14,148 nt of DNA from Octopus sinensis. Lineage: Eukaryota. How positions within the stretch are numbered: the first letter of the stretch is position 1; each line of letters starts with the position of its first letter. The DNA lies in NCBI RefSeq assembly GCF_006345805.1, contig NW_021825886.1:1-14148 (forward strand). The letters run 5' to 3'. This document shows, piece after piece, positions 1-9,103 of this stretch. The position numbers and the translations under genes were made by a program. The notes beneath the pieces were generated by a model. That model made no database searches. It was not told the DNA's origin and saw only the letters and a list, made by a program, of their open reading frames with translations.

Positions 1-322
1 GCAAATTTCTGCTGCATCACATATTACAACTCCGCTAGTGTGTTTTCTTGGAGTTTTTTTCTTTCTTTTTTTTTTTGAGATAGTGGGAGTACAAACTCTT
101 CCTGATATTGCATTGAATAAATTTGTTTTGTTATGGGGTTTGGCTTGCGTCTTTTGTTGCATTAGTGTTTATATTGTGGTGTGCTGCGTGTGCAACGTGA
201 GTTTTGTTCTTCTGTTGGATATCCGACCATGTAGAATACATGTTGCGGAAGTTCTTTATTTCATTAGACATTTACTGTACAGAGTGTGTCTTGTGTTTCT
301 GGATTGTCATATTTGGGTCGTA

Positions 323-607
323 TTATTGAATTGATAGTGTTCTTGCGTAGGATGTGGGCTGTTCCTAGCAGGGTTATCTTTTGAATAATGTGTAGAGTTG
401 AGGATACAGGTATATATTCTACGCTTCTGGTTATACGTTTCTTTTAAAATCATGCTCAATATTCCAATTACAACTGGTATTCTTTTCACTTTCATACCCA
501 CATCTTTAATACTTCAATTTCAAGGTTTTTGCACTTAGACAATTTCTTCACTTCTTTTGAGCAATATTTTGATCAGAAGGAACCGCAACGTCTATTAGCA
601 AGCAAGT
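323..607 (-). pseudogene. C-terminal RLE endonuclease remnant of an R4/Dong-like non-LTR retrotransposon (5'-truncated, frameshifted); probable 3' UTR continues toward position 1
   Basis: Manual minus-strand translation across frameshifts gives TCLLIDVAVPSDQNIAQK / EVKKLSKCKNLEIEVLKMWGMKVKRIPVVIGILSMI / IIQKITLLGTAHILRK / TLSIQ*. This matches the IDV.VP...K..KY..L...IPVVIGALG...LQK..LLGTA.ILR terminus of RLE-type LINEs. Confidence 0.88.
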
Positions 608-763
608 CTATTTTTATTTATTTATCATCCCCCCCCCCCAATCCTTGATTATTATCTCTGGGCGATTAAATTTTATTCGTTTGTCGGTTTGAACAGGTAT
701 AGCTCAAATGATTGTGGCCTGGTCGTTATCATGTACCTTGTTTAGCACACGTTTATACCGTTT

Positions 764-985
764 TCTTATTTCTTTATTCCCACAAGGGGCTAAACATAGA
801 GCGGACAAACAAGGACAGACAAAGGGATTAAGTCGACCCCAGTGCATAACTGGTACTTATTCAATCGAACCCGAAAGGATGAAAGGCAAAGTCGACCTCG
901 GCGGAATTTGAACTTAGAGCGGCAGACGAAATACCGCTAAGCATCTCGCCCAGCGTGCTAACGTTTCTGCCAGCTCGCCGCCTTC
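764..985 (-). mobile_element. Full-length tRNA-type SINE (family A) with 16-bp target site duplication
   Basis: Minus strand reads GGCGGCGAGCTGGCAGAAACGTTAG (A-box-like), AGTTCAAATTCC (B-box), then GCCTTTCATCCTTTCGGGTTCGATTGAATAAGTACCAG. Flanked by CACGTTTATACCGTTT at 748-763 and 986-1001. Homologous copies occur throughout the window. Confidence 0.92.
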
Positions 986-1050
986 CACGTTTATACCGTT
1001 TCTTGTTAGTTTTTTTTTTATGTTGTAGTGTTGATATTTACCGAATGGAT

Positions 1051-1092
1051 ATTGCTGCTGCTGCTGCTACTACTACTACTACTACTACAACA

Positions 1093-1180
<88 letters not shown>
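1051..1180. repeat. Compound trinucleotide microsatellite (GCT)n(ACT)n(TCT)n(TAT)n
   Basis: Directly visible. Confidence 0.95.
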
Positions 1181-1190
<10 letters not shown>

Positions 1191-1400
1191 AAGGCGGCAA
1201 GTTGGCAGAATCGTTAGCGCGCCGGGCGAAATGCTTAGCAGTATTTCACCCGTCGCTACGTTCTGAGTTCAAATTCCGCCGAGGTCGACTTTGCTCTTCA
1301 TTATTTCGCGGTCGATTAAATAAGTACCATTTACGCACTGGGGTCAATTACATCGACTTAATTCCTTACCCCACGTTGCCCTTGTGGCAAAAATTTAAAA
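1191..1400 (+). mobile_element. SINE family A copy, followed by an (ATT)n tail to about 1493
   Basis: AAGGCGGCAAGTTGGCAGAATCGTTAG ... GAGTTCAAATTCCGCCGAGGTCGACTTTG ... GTCGATTAAATAAGTACC; aligns by eye with the reverse complement of 764-985. Confidence 0.9.
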
Positions 1401-1448
1401 TCATCATTATTGTTGTTGTTATTATTATCATTATTATTATTATTATTA

Positions 1449-1491
<43 letters not shown>

Positions 1492-1496
<5 letters not shown>

Positions 1497-1627
1497 AATT
1501 CCACCGAGGTTGACTTGCCTTTCATCATTTCGGGATCGATAAATTAAGTACCAGTTGAGTACTGGGATCGATGTAATCGACTATTCCCTCTCCCAAAATT
1601 TCAGGTCTTTTACCTTTAGTAGAAACG

Positions 1628-1630
<3 letters not shown>
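1492..1630 (+). mobile_element. 5'-truncated SINE family A copy with (ATT)n tail to about 1700
   Basis: Starts at the B-box remnant TTCAAATTCC; contains GCCTTTCATCATTTCGGGATCGATAAATTAAGTACCAG. Confidence 0.88.
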
Positions 1631-1699
<69 letters not shown>

Positions 1700-1701
<2 letters not shown>

Positions 1702-1925
1702 GATAGCAAGCTGGCAGAATCATTAGCAAACTGGGAAAAAAGCTTAGTGGTATTTCATCCATCTTTACATTCTGAGTTCAAATCCGCCAAGGTCGACTTT
1801 GCTTTTCATCCTTTCGGGTCGATAAATGAAGTACCAGTGAAACACCGGGGTTGATGTAATCGACTGGTCCCCTCCACACAAATTCCAGGCCTTGTACCTA
1901 TTGTGAAAAGGAATATTGTTATTGT
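1700..1925 (+). mobile_element. SINE family A copy
   Basis: GCAAGCTGGCAGAATCATTAG ... GAGTTCAAATCCGCC ... TTTCATCCTTTCGGGTCGATAAATGAAGTACCAG. Confidence 0.88.
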
Positions 1926-1934
1926 TGTAGTATA

Positions 1935-2135
1935 AGTGTGGTTGAGAGTGATGAATTGCCGTATTTATTTCGATTCTTTGTAGCCTGAGTTCATATTTTG
2001 TTGAGTTCATTTTTGCCTCTCGTCTCAACGGGGTCGATGAACTAATGAATCAATGAAGAACTGGGCTCGGTGTAATCGACTAATCCCTCTCTCCAGATTT
2101 CTGGTTTTCTGTTTATCTTAGAAAGGATTGTTTAT
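1935..2135 (+). mobile_element. Old, decayed SINE family A copy
   Basis: CTGAGTTCA, GGGGTCGATGAA, TGTAATCGACTAATCCCTCTC and TAGAAAGGATTGTT occur in the family order. Confidence 0.7.
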
Positions 2136-2756
2136 TTTACATTAGGGAAGGGAGAAGGAAGGAGGAAGAAAAGGAAGTAGAGTTGGAGGACGCATAAGGG
2201 TGACCAGCAGGTCTCACACACAGACTGGTAATGATTGATGTTGATGCTGGATTTCAGTTTTAACATATTCAGGTCAATGTCTGTAGTAAGAGGTAGACGA
2301 GGTTGCAGTGAGAGGAACCGGTATTTCGAATGCATGCAGCAAATTGGGAGCCTTTCAAAAAAAAAAAAAAAAAAAGGCACCCAAGGAACAGCTGGTGGCA
2401 GTGGGTGGTGGCAGCGCCGATGATGGTAAACTGGGAGACATTTTAGGTAGGCCTACCTACTATCTTCTCCAAAAAGAAAAAAAACAAATTGACCCACTTT
2501 TTTGTTTTAATTACTTAACTGGTGGTGGTGGGGGGAGGATAACAGAGAAAGTATAGAAATGACCGCAACCGGAAATGTTAACGAGTTTGCAGACAGAACT
2601 CGATGAGACCCTATTTCGTATCCTTGTAGCTGTCATCCGAGATGTTCTGTGAGAGAAATACCCAAACCAAAACAGACATGATGTAAACAATGGTCTTTTG
2701 TGAGAAATACATCACACACCGTTTCCGTAACTTATATTACATTATGGTGTTTCTTA

Positions 2757-3090
2757 ATCATCTTCTTCTTCTTCTTCTTCTTCTTCTTCTTCTTCTTCTT
2801 CTTCTTCTCCTCCTCCTCCTCCTTCTTATTCTTCTTCTCCTCCTCCTCCTCCTCCTTCTTCTTCTTCTCCTCCTCCTCCTCCTTATTCTTCTTCTCCTCC
2901 TCCTCCTCCTTCTTCTTCTTCTCCTCCTCCTCCTCCTCCTTCTTCTCCTCCTCCTCCTCCTTCCCCTCCTCCTCATTCTTCTCCTCCTCCTCCTCCCCCT
3001 CCTCCTCCTCCTCCTTCTTTTCTCTTCTTCTTCTTCTTCTTCTTCTTCTTCTTCTCTTCTTCTTCTTCTTCTTCTTCTCTCTTCTTCTTC
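2757..3090. repeat. About 330-bp (CTT)n/(CTC)n polypyrimidine tract
   Basis: Directly visible; accounts for the poly-L/S/F and poly-E/K/R ORFs. Confidence 0.95.
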
Positions 3091-3094
3091 GTGA

Positions 3095-3295
3095 CGGTGT
3101 CAAACGAAAATTTCCTGTTGTATTTAGTTCCACTTCTTCTGCTCTGATTTCAAACCCATCTGAGGTCGACTGAGTATTTTGACTCAGCGTAGTCTCTAGA
3201 GATAAAATTCTACACAATCGACTGTCGTTCCCCACCCTCTCTCTCTCTCTACAAGAAAATCCTGATGTTGTACTTGTGTAAGAAATCATTATCAT
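3095..3295 (+). mobile_element. Highly decayed SINE family A copy
   Basis: CTGATTTCAAACCCATCTGAGGTCGACT, GATAAAAT, AATCGACTG and TAAGAAATCATTATC occur in family order. Confidence 0.55.
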
Positions 3296-3763
3296 TGCCA
3301 TCGCCATCATCATCACCACCACTATTACTATCGACGACGTCATCGTCGTCGTCACCACCGCCACCAACAAAAACTACTACTACGTCTAAGTACCACGTGA
3401 TTGCAAAGCGAACTTGTTTACAGTGTTGTGCCTGTACACATACTACCTGCAACCATTGGCAACGTGCCTAGTGAATAAGGAAAATAAATAAAAATATGTA
3501 AGATATAAATTGATATAAAAAGGTCATCTTATTCTTTTTTTATTGTCTATGTAGACATTTTGTAGAAGCGGAAGTACCTGAACATAACTAAACAGAAAGC
3601 TACTTTGTGAATACAAAAATAATAGCAGCAGACATATTTGGGCGATATCCATTTGGATGTTTATATCAACTTGTATTGTTCTTTCACTACAATTGAAACA
3701 TAACGGTTTTCTTTTTAAGAATACTTTAAGACAACCTGAAAATTCCACGTTTATAAATACACT

Positions 3764-4020
3764 TGTGGAGGCGCGTGGCTTAGTGGTTAGGGTGTCAGCA
3801 TCGTAATCGTAAGATTGTGGTTTCGATTCCTGGACCGGGTGGCGTGTTGTGTTCTTGAGCAAAACACTTCCTTTCACGTTGCCCCAGTCCACTCAGCTGG
3901 CAAAAATGAGTAACGCTGCGACGGACTGGCGTCCCGTCCAGCTGAGGGGAACACATACGCAATAGAAAGCAGGAAACCGGGCCCATGAGACTAGCTAGGC
4001 TTTAAAAGGGCACATTTATT
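3764..4020 (+). mobile_element. tRNA-derived SINE family B with CORE-like central segment
   Basis: A-box TGGCTTAGTGG and B-box-like GGTTTCGATTCC, then GTGTTCTTGAGCAAAACACTT (similar to CORE GTGTCCTTGGGCAAGACACTT); ends in ATTT repeats. Confidence 0.88.
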
Positions 4021-4230
4021 TGTGGAGGCGCGTGGCTTAATGGTTAGGGTGTCAGTATCGTAATCGTAAGATTGTGGTTTCGATTTCTGAACCGGGCAAT
4101 GCATTGTGTTCTTGAGCAAAACACTTCATTTCACGTTGCTCCAGTCCACTCAGCAAGCAAAAATGAGTAACGCTGCGATGGACTGGCGTCCCGTCCAGCT
4201 AGGCTTTAAAAGGGTGCATTTATTTATTAT
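4021..4230 (+). mobile_element. Second SINE family B copy in direct tandem, with a 53-nt internal deletion
   Basis: Near-identical to 3764-4020 but lacks the segment equivalent to 3944-3996. Confidence 0.88.
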
Positions 4231-4319
4231 TTCAACTACCAGGGTGGATGATATCGATTTACTCCTTCTTAATATTAGTGGTTTTGTGCCTAAATAAGAA
4301 ATCATTAAATGCTTTGAGG

Positions 4320-4530
4320 GAGAGGACGTTAGACCATCAGAAAAATCCTTTACAGAATTACTTCTGATTCTTTACATTTTGAATTCAAATCCCACCAAGA
4401 TCAATTTTACCTTTCATCCTTTTTGAGTCGATAAAATAAAGTACCAGTCTAAGAACTTATGTCAATAATATTGACTGACTCTGTTTCTTAAAAGTTGCTG
4501 GCCTTGTGCCTAAATTAGAAACCATTATGT
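4320..4530 (+). mobile_element. Decayed SINE family A copy; a 3' fragment of another lies at about 4240-4310
   Basis: GAATTCAAATCCCACC ... CCTTTCATCCTTTTTGAGTCGATAAAATAAAGTACCAG ... GGCCTTGTGCCTAAATTAGAAACCATTA. Confidence 0.8.
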
Positions 4531-5029
4531 TAAGAATATCGTTTATAACTCTAATTTCGTCCCATAGTTAACGTTACTGAAAAATGTTACACTAGAACAT
4601 TGTTTCGTTGTATCTAAAGATTTCGATTATATCTTTGATATTACTCCCTAGTTAAGACTGTTTAAAACATAGCACTCCAGATTGTTTCATTATGTTAAAA
4701 ATTTCAGTTATACATCTTTAGTTTCGATCCATAAAAAACACGTAATACTCGAACACGCGTCGTGACAAGCAGAACACTATTATACGACGCGTAAAAAATA
4801 ACGGAGTTCGAGTAAACAAACTGGTGTGGGTCTGAGTCAGCAAAAATTACACAGTGAAGCTCATAGATTCTGGTATATTGAGCGTTGACCCTTCATCTAA
4901 CAGGTTAAAATTTTGACTTCTTCAGTCTGGTTGATTGAAGAAGTAGATACTCATACATGGAAAAAGATATAGGAATCCATCTCTGTTATTATTATTATTA
5001 TTATTATCAATGCTGTTAGGTCAAGTCTA

Positions 5030-5180
5030 ACAGACAGATCAGCAGTCGAAATGCTAACCTCGTGGTATTTAATTTCATCTCTTTACTTTCTGCTTTTCAA
5101 TTCCCGTCGGGGGTTGAGTTTGTCTTTTATTCTCTTGGAATCGATAAAATAAAGTACCAGTCTAGAAGTGAAGATCATTG
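5030..5180 (+). mobile_element. Decayed SINE family A fragment
   Basis: GAAATGCT ... GTGGTATTT ... TTCAATTCCCGTCGGGGGTTGA ... TCGATAAAATAAAGTACCAG. Confidence 0.7.
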
Positions 5181-5239
5181 TGACACAAGTCTTACAACGC
5201 TGAACATTTGAATTATGGGTGCAGTCGATCCTACGAGAT

Positions 5240-5405
5240 TCTTTCTATCTGGGTTTTTATCTATCCAGTTTCAGCTCCAAAGGATTGAGTCGAATCGAAG
5301 CTATGGAAAATGCACTTGAGTAAGATGTCACGCATTAGTTTTTTATTTATTTATTTTTTTTAGGGTGTATGACATGAACTACTTTAACTAATAAGTCGTG
5401 TTCTT
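5240..5405 (-). mobile_element. Highly decayed CORE-like SINE fragment
   Basis: Minus strand GCGTGACATCTTACTCAAGTGCATTTTCCATAGCTTCGATTCGACTCAATCCTT loosely resembles a CORE-type segment; recognised from memory only. Confidence 0.4.
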
Positions 5406-5547
5406 AAGATGCTGGCATGTGTAGTATAATCTGGGGAAAATTTAGCCGCTCTCTCTGACTACACAGAGGCTCCTTCGTTGAAGTCTATTTAATTGTCAGA
5501 GATCTTTTTAATCTTCTTTTATAACGTAAGAATATGCTTATCTTTCA

Positions 5548-5810
5548 GCTTATCTTGCTTCAGGACTACGGCCATGTTGGTGCACAACCTTGAAAAATTT
5601 CGTCAACCAACAAATCGATCCCAGTACTTATTTTAAGTCTGGTACTTGATTTATTGGCTTCTTTTGCCGAACCACTAAGTTACAGGGGACGTAAGCAAAC
5701 CACTGCCAGTTGGGGGTAAGACACACAGTGAGGGGTATACAGTGGCACTGAACTCGAAACCATGTGGTAGTAAAGCGAGCTGTCTAACCACACAGCCATG
5801 CCTGCCCCTA
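5548..5810 (-). mobile_element. tRNA-type SINE family C, probably internally deleted
   Basis: Minus strand TAGGGGCAGGCATGGCTGTGTGGTTAG (A-box) ... GAGTTCAGTGCC (B-box-like) ... AATAAATCAAGTACCAG ... GTACTGGGATCGAT (motif shared with family A). The head is repeated at 9078-9103. Confidence 0.78.
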
Positions 5811-5829
5811 ACTGAATATCATATTCTAC

Positions 5830-5965
5830 GTCTGTACTTATTACAAGTCTATTATATCGACCTTCAGAAAAGAATATAAAAATAGGAAAATCCAAACCGG
5901 GCTGGATTTGAACTTGCAATGTAAATGTCGCTGGGCATTTTATCCGACACTAATGATTCGGCAAG
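5830..5965 (-). mobile_element. Decayed SINE family A copy
   Basis: Minus strand TTGCCGAATCATTAGTGTCGGATAAAATGCC ... AAGTTCAAATCCAGCCCGG ... GGTCGATATAATA. Confidence 0.62.
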
Positions 5966-6481
5966 AAAAAAAATTAAACTTAAAACAAAAAAAACCACCG
6001 ACAACCCCAACCCGGCACTATTCCCTGATGGGAGCTGAACGAAGTACAAGAGGAGACTGAAATAAATACCATGTCATTATGTTCGGTACCCCATCGCTTT
6101 TCGTTAATTTGCTTCCTCAACGAGTGTATAAGAACAGCTTACTATCAATGAGGATATAAATGTCCCAGTCTTTAACTCCATAACACGTACAGTCAGCCAT
6201 CAATAAAAGTTGTCACTTATATGACACTTGATGACTAGAAGAGACATGGTGGGGGTTTGAGGTGGTAAGAGAGAGAGAGCAGTGTTGATAAAAGCAATAA
6301 CAGCAACAGCAACAACAACAAAACAAAATCAGAAAGCTATAATTCATATCGTAATAGTTTCTGACATATCAACACTTTTCTTCGCACTTTCTTTTCTATT
6401 TGCTTTGTCTCTTGTATGTCTATATCTCTATATATGTTTATGTGCGTGTATGTATAAGTACATATAAATATGTATATATAT

Positions 6482-6519
<38 letters not shown>

Positions 6520-6688
6520 ACATAAGGGACTAAAGCCATCTGAATATGGCTAGGGACAGGGCAGGTGGTGGGGGTGTTACTGTTGCATTTAGCCCCAGGC
6601 GAACATCGACGTCGCTAGATAGGCTTGACACCATCACGGTGTCCTTTAACCTGCAAAGGGAGATAATTCCCCGATGAAGCGGAAACCA

Positions 6689-6734
6689 CACACGGACCAT
6701 GGTTTCAAGGTGTATTGCCTATCGTCAACGTGTG
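6689..6734 (-). ncRNA. Identical hammerhead motif in the inverted arm
   Basis: Exact reverse complement of 6960-7005. Confidence 0.78.
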
Positions 6735-6959
6735 GTAGGCCTCCGCTTCCTCGACGAAATCTCACCACCCTGCCCTGTCCCTAGCCATATTCAGATGGCT
6801 TTAGTCCCTTATGTTATCGAGCAGTTACTGTCTATATCTCTTTTAGAGAATTATTATTGCTGTCGAACAGATTTTCGAAATCAGCAAATGTATTTTGCTT
6901 GAAAATCTATATATGAATATCCTGCAGAGTGAGATTTCGTCGAGGAAGCGGAGGCCTAC

Positions 6960-7005
6960 CACACGTTGACGATAGGCAATACACCTTGAAACCATGGTCC
7001 GTGTG
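6960..7005 (+). ncRNA. Type I hammerhead ribozyme motif with palindromic stem III
   Basis: cacacg-UUGACGA-U-agg(caauaca)ccu-u-GAA-ACCAUGGU-C-cgugug. Perfect 6-bp stem I, short stem II, GAAA, 8-nt palindrome ACCAUGGU, GUC cleavage triplet (cut predicted after 6999). C3 is U. Confidence 0.8.
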
Positions 7006-7222
7006 TGGTTTCCGCTTCATCGGGGAATTATCTCCCTTTGCAAGTTAAAGGACACCGTGATGGTGTCAAGCCTATCTAGCGACGTCGATGTTCGCCTGGG
7101 GCTAAATGCAACAGTAACACCCCCACCACCCTGCCCTGTCCCTAGCCATATTCAGATGGCTTTAGTCCCTTATGTTATCGAGCAGTTACTGTCTATATCT
7201 CTTTTAGAGAATTATTATTGCT

Positions 7223-7238
7223 ATATATGTATATATAT

Positions 7239-7271
<33 letters not shown>

Positions 7272-7330
7272 GTATATATATGTATATATATATATATGTA
7301 TATATATTATATATATGTATATGTATATAT

Positions 7331-7362
<32 letters not shown>

Positions 7363-7753
7363 GTATATATATATGTGTATATATATATGTATATATATAT
7401 ATATGTATGTATATATATATATGTATATATGTATGTATATATATATATGTATATATATATGTAATATATGTATATATATATATGCATATATATATGTATA
7501 TATATATGTATATGTATATATATATGTATATATTATATGTATATATATTATGTATATATATATATGCATATATATATGTATATATATATGTATATGTATA
7601 TATATATGTATATATATATATGTATATATATATGTATATATATATGTATATGTATATATATGTATATATATATATGTATATATATATGTATATATATATA
7701 TGTATATGTATATATATATGTATATATATATATGTGTATATTATATATATATG

Positions 7754-7786
<33 letters not shown>

Positions 7787-7827
7787 ATATATATATATAT
7801 GTGTATATATATATTATATATATATAT
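7223..7827. repeat. About 600-bp (TA)n/(TATG)n microsatellite; further TA tracts at about 6466-6516, 8614-8670 and 10424-10492
   Basis: Directly visible; source of the Y/I/M-rich ORFs. Confidence 0.97.
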
Positions 7828-8613
7828 TTAATATAAAAGGGCTTAGTAAAATAAATTACTTTGCCACATACTGAACTCATTAGAAATAGCAGCCAAAAAA
7901 GTTTTTTAGCTATTTCTAATACTTAAAGAAAATTTCTCTCAGATAGTGTTTACTCAGAATAACCCACGAAGGTATGCGGGTAAAAACATTAAAAAATCAC
8001 AAGTGCAAAGATTATTTGAGATCGTTACGTTTCTAGATCAGCCAAATAAAATTCGACATTTCTTTCGTCAGCCCAAAATTTCTTAATTTGGATTTGGAAA
8101 CACTGAAAGTAGGAACATATCCTTTTGGCGACTTAACACCTCAGACGACCCGCTCAAACTGACAGTGCCAACAAATTCAAAATATGCAAGCGAAGAATTC
8201 CTGTTCTCCCTTTCCACCCACGTGGGCTAAACTAGCAAACACCATATTTTAGCGGTGAAAACCGAGGCAATAAACAGAGAGAAATGAATTATAATTTCAA
8301 CAATTGAGGGTAAAATTAATTAGTTATTAATCAATTTCACCAAGTATTCAGTATGTAAAAGGACCATTTTAATATAAAAGGGCTTAGTAATAAACACTAT
8401 CTGAGAGAAATTTTCTTTAAGTATTAGAAATAGCTAAACAACTTTTTTGGCTGCTATTTCTAATGAGTTCAGTATGTGGCAAAGTAATTTATTTTACTAA
8501 GCCCTTTTATATTAATGTAATATTTTGAATTCGCCTAAAATGGTCCTTTTACATACTGAATACTTGGTGAAATTGATTAATAACTAATTAATTTTACCCT
8601 CAATTGTTGAAAT
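7828..8613 (-). mobile_element. Non-coding fold-back / partial-tandem element 2 (Penelope-like pLTR architecture), monomer about 541-564 nt, inserted in (TA)n
   Basis: 7828-7952 is the reverse complement of 8391-8515 (1 mismatch). 8294-8371 is the reverse complement of 8536-8613. 7828-7849 is directly repeated at 8369-8390 (period 541). Strand assigned from the candidate hammerhead. Confidence 0.78.
8015..8077 (-). ncRNA. Candidate minimal hammerhead motif with imperfect stem I
   Basis: uuuggg-CUGACGA-a-aga..gucgaau(uuu)auuuggc..ucu-a-GAA-ACGU-A-acgau-cucaaa. Both core strands are intact and the ACGU palindrome is present, but stem I is offset by 5 nt. Confidence 0.42.
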
Positions 8614-8617
8614 ATAT

Positions 8618-8671
<54 letters not shown>

Positions 8672-9077
8672 TTGGTTATTGTTTTAAAATTGAATTGTGT
8701 CAATGTTTGGGGAAATTTACAATATTTTCACCGTCTTTACGGAAGCATTTTTGTTAAAATTCCTTCGATAGAAGAAAGTCCAAAAATGAATTTCGCTGCA
8801 GCCGTACACTTCTATACAAGAGGGAAGACAAGATCCAATTGATCGAAATTGCAAGAGACGGTCCTACAATTCCAGTCTGTTATATATTTTGAGTATTGTT
8901 ATAATTACCGATATCAAGATATAACTTTCTATTTTGTATTTTATGTGTAGATGTATATATATATATATATAGAGAGAGAGATGTACATGTAATATGTACA
9001 TATATATATACACGCATATACATGCATAATATATCTACCCATACACATACACGTACACACACACACACACACATACA

Positions 9078-9103
9078 TAGGGGCAGGTGTGGCTGTGTGG
9101 TAA
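9078..9103 (+). mobile_element. Isolated 26-nt 5' head of SINE family C
   Basis: TAGGGGCAGGTGTGGCTGTGTGGTAA matches the reverse complement of 5785-5810 at 23/26 positions. Confidence 0.7.

Larger units (their letters stand above)
6517..7222 (+). mobile_element. Non-coding Penelope-like pLTR / retrozyme-like element 1: 5' inverted copy plus partial tandem of a 361-nt monomer, inserted in (TA)n
   Basis: 6517-6765 is the reverse complement of 6929-7178 (1 substitution, 1 indel by eye). 6763-6861 is identical to 7124-7222 (99 bp, period 361). Contains a hammerhead motif; (TA)n on both sides. Confidence 0.85.

Noticed and set aside
2444-2459. 16-bp perfect palindrome TAGGTAGGCCTACCTA
   Set aside because: Isolated, partly made of TAGG repeats, with no supporting context.
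2690-3471. Poly-L/S/E/K/R ORFs
   Set aside because: Translations of trinucleotide repeats; no domain content.
3767-3840. tRNA gene
   Set aside because: A and B boxes are present but there is no complete cloverleaf; it runs into a SINE body and is duplicated.
6671-6765. Plus-strand CCGATGA...GAAA as a hammerhead
   Set aside because: No stem I can be formed; the opposite strand gives a fully paired motif.
6994-7880. Long Y/I/M-rich ORFs
   Set aside because: Translations of the (TA)n/(TATG)n array.
6517-8613. CRISPR array or DNA-transposon terminal repeat interpretation
   Set aside because: No repeat-spacer periodicity. The inverted repeats are asymmetric and combined with partial tandems, unlike terminal inverted repeats.
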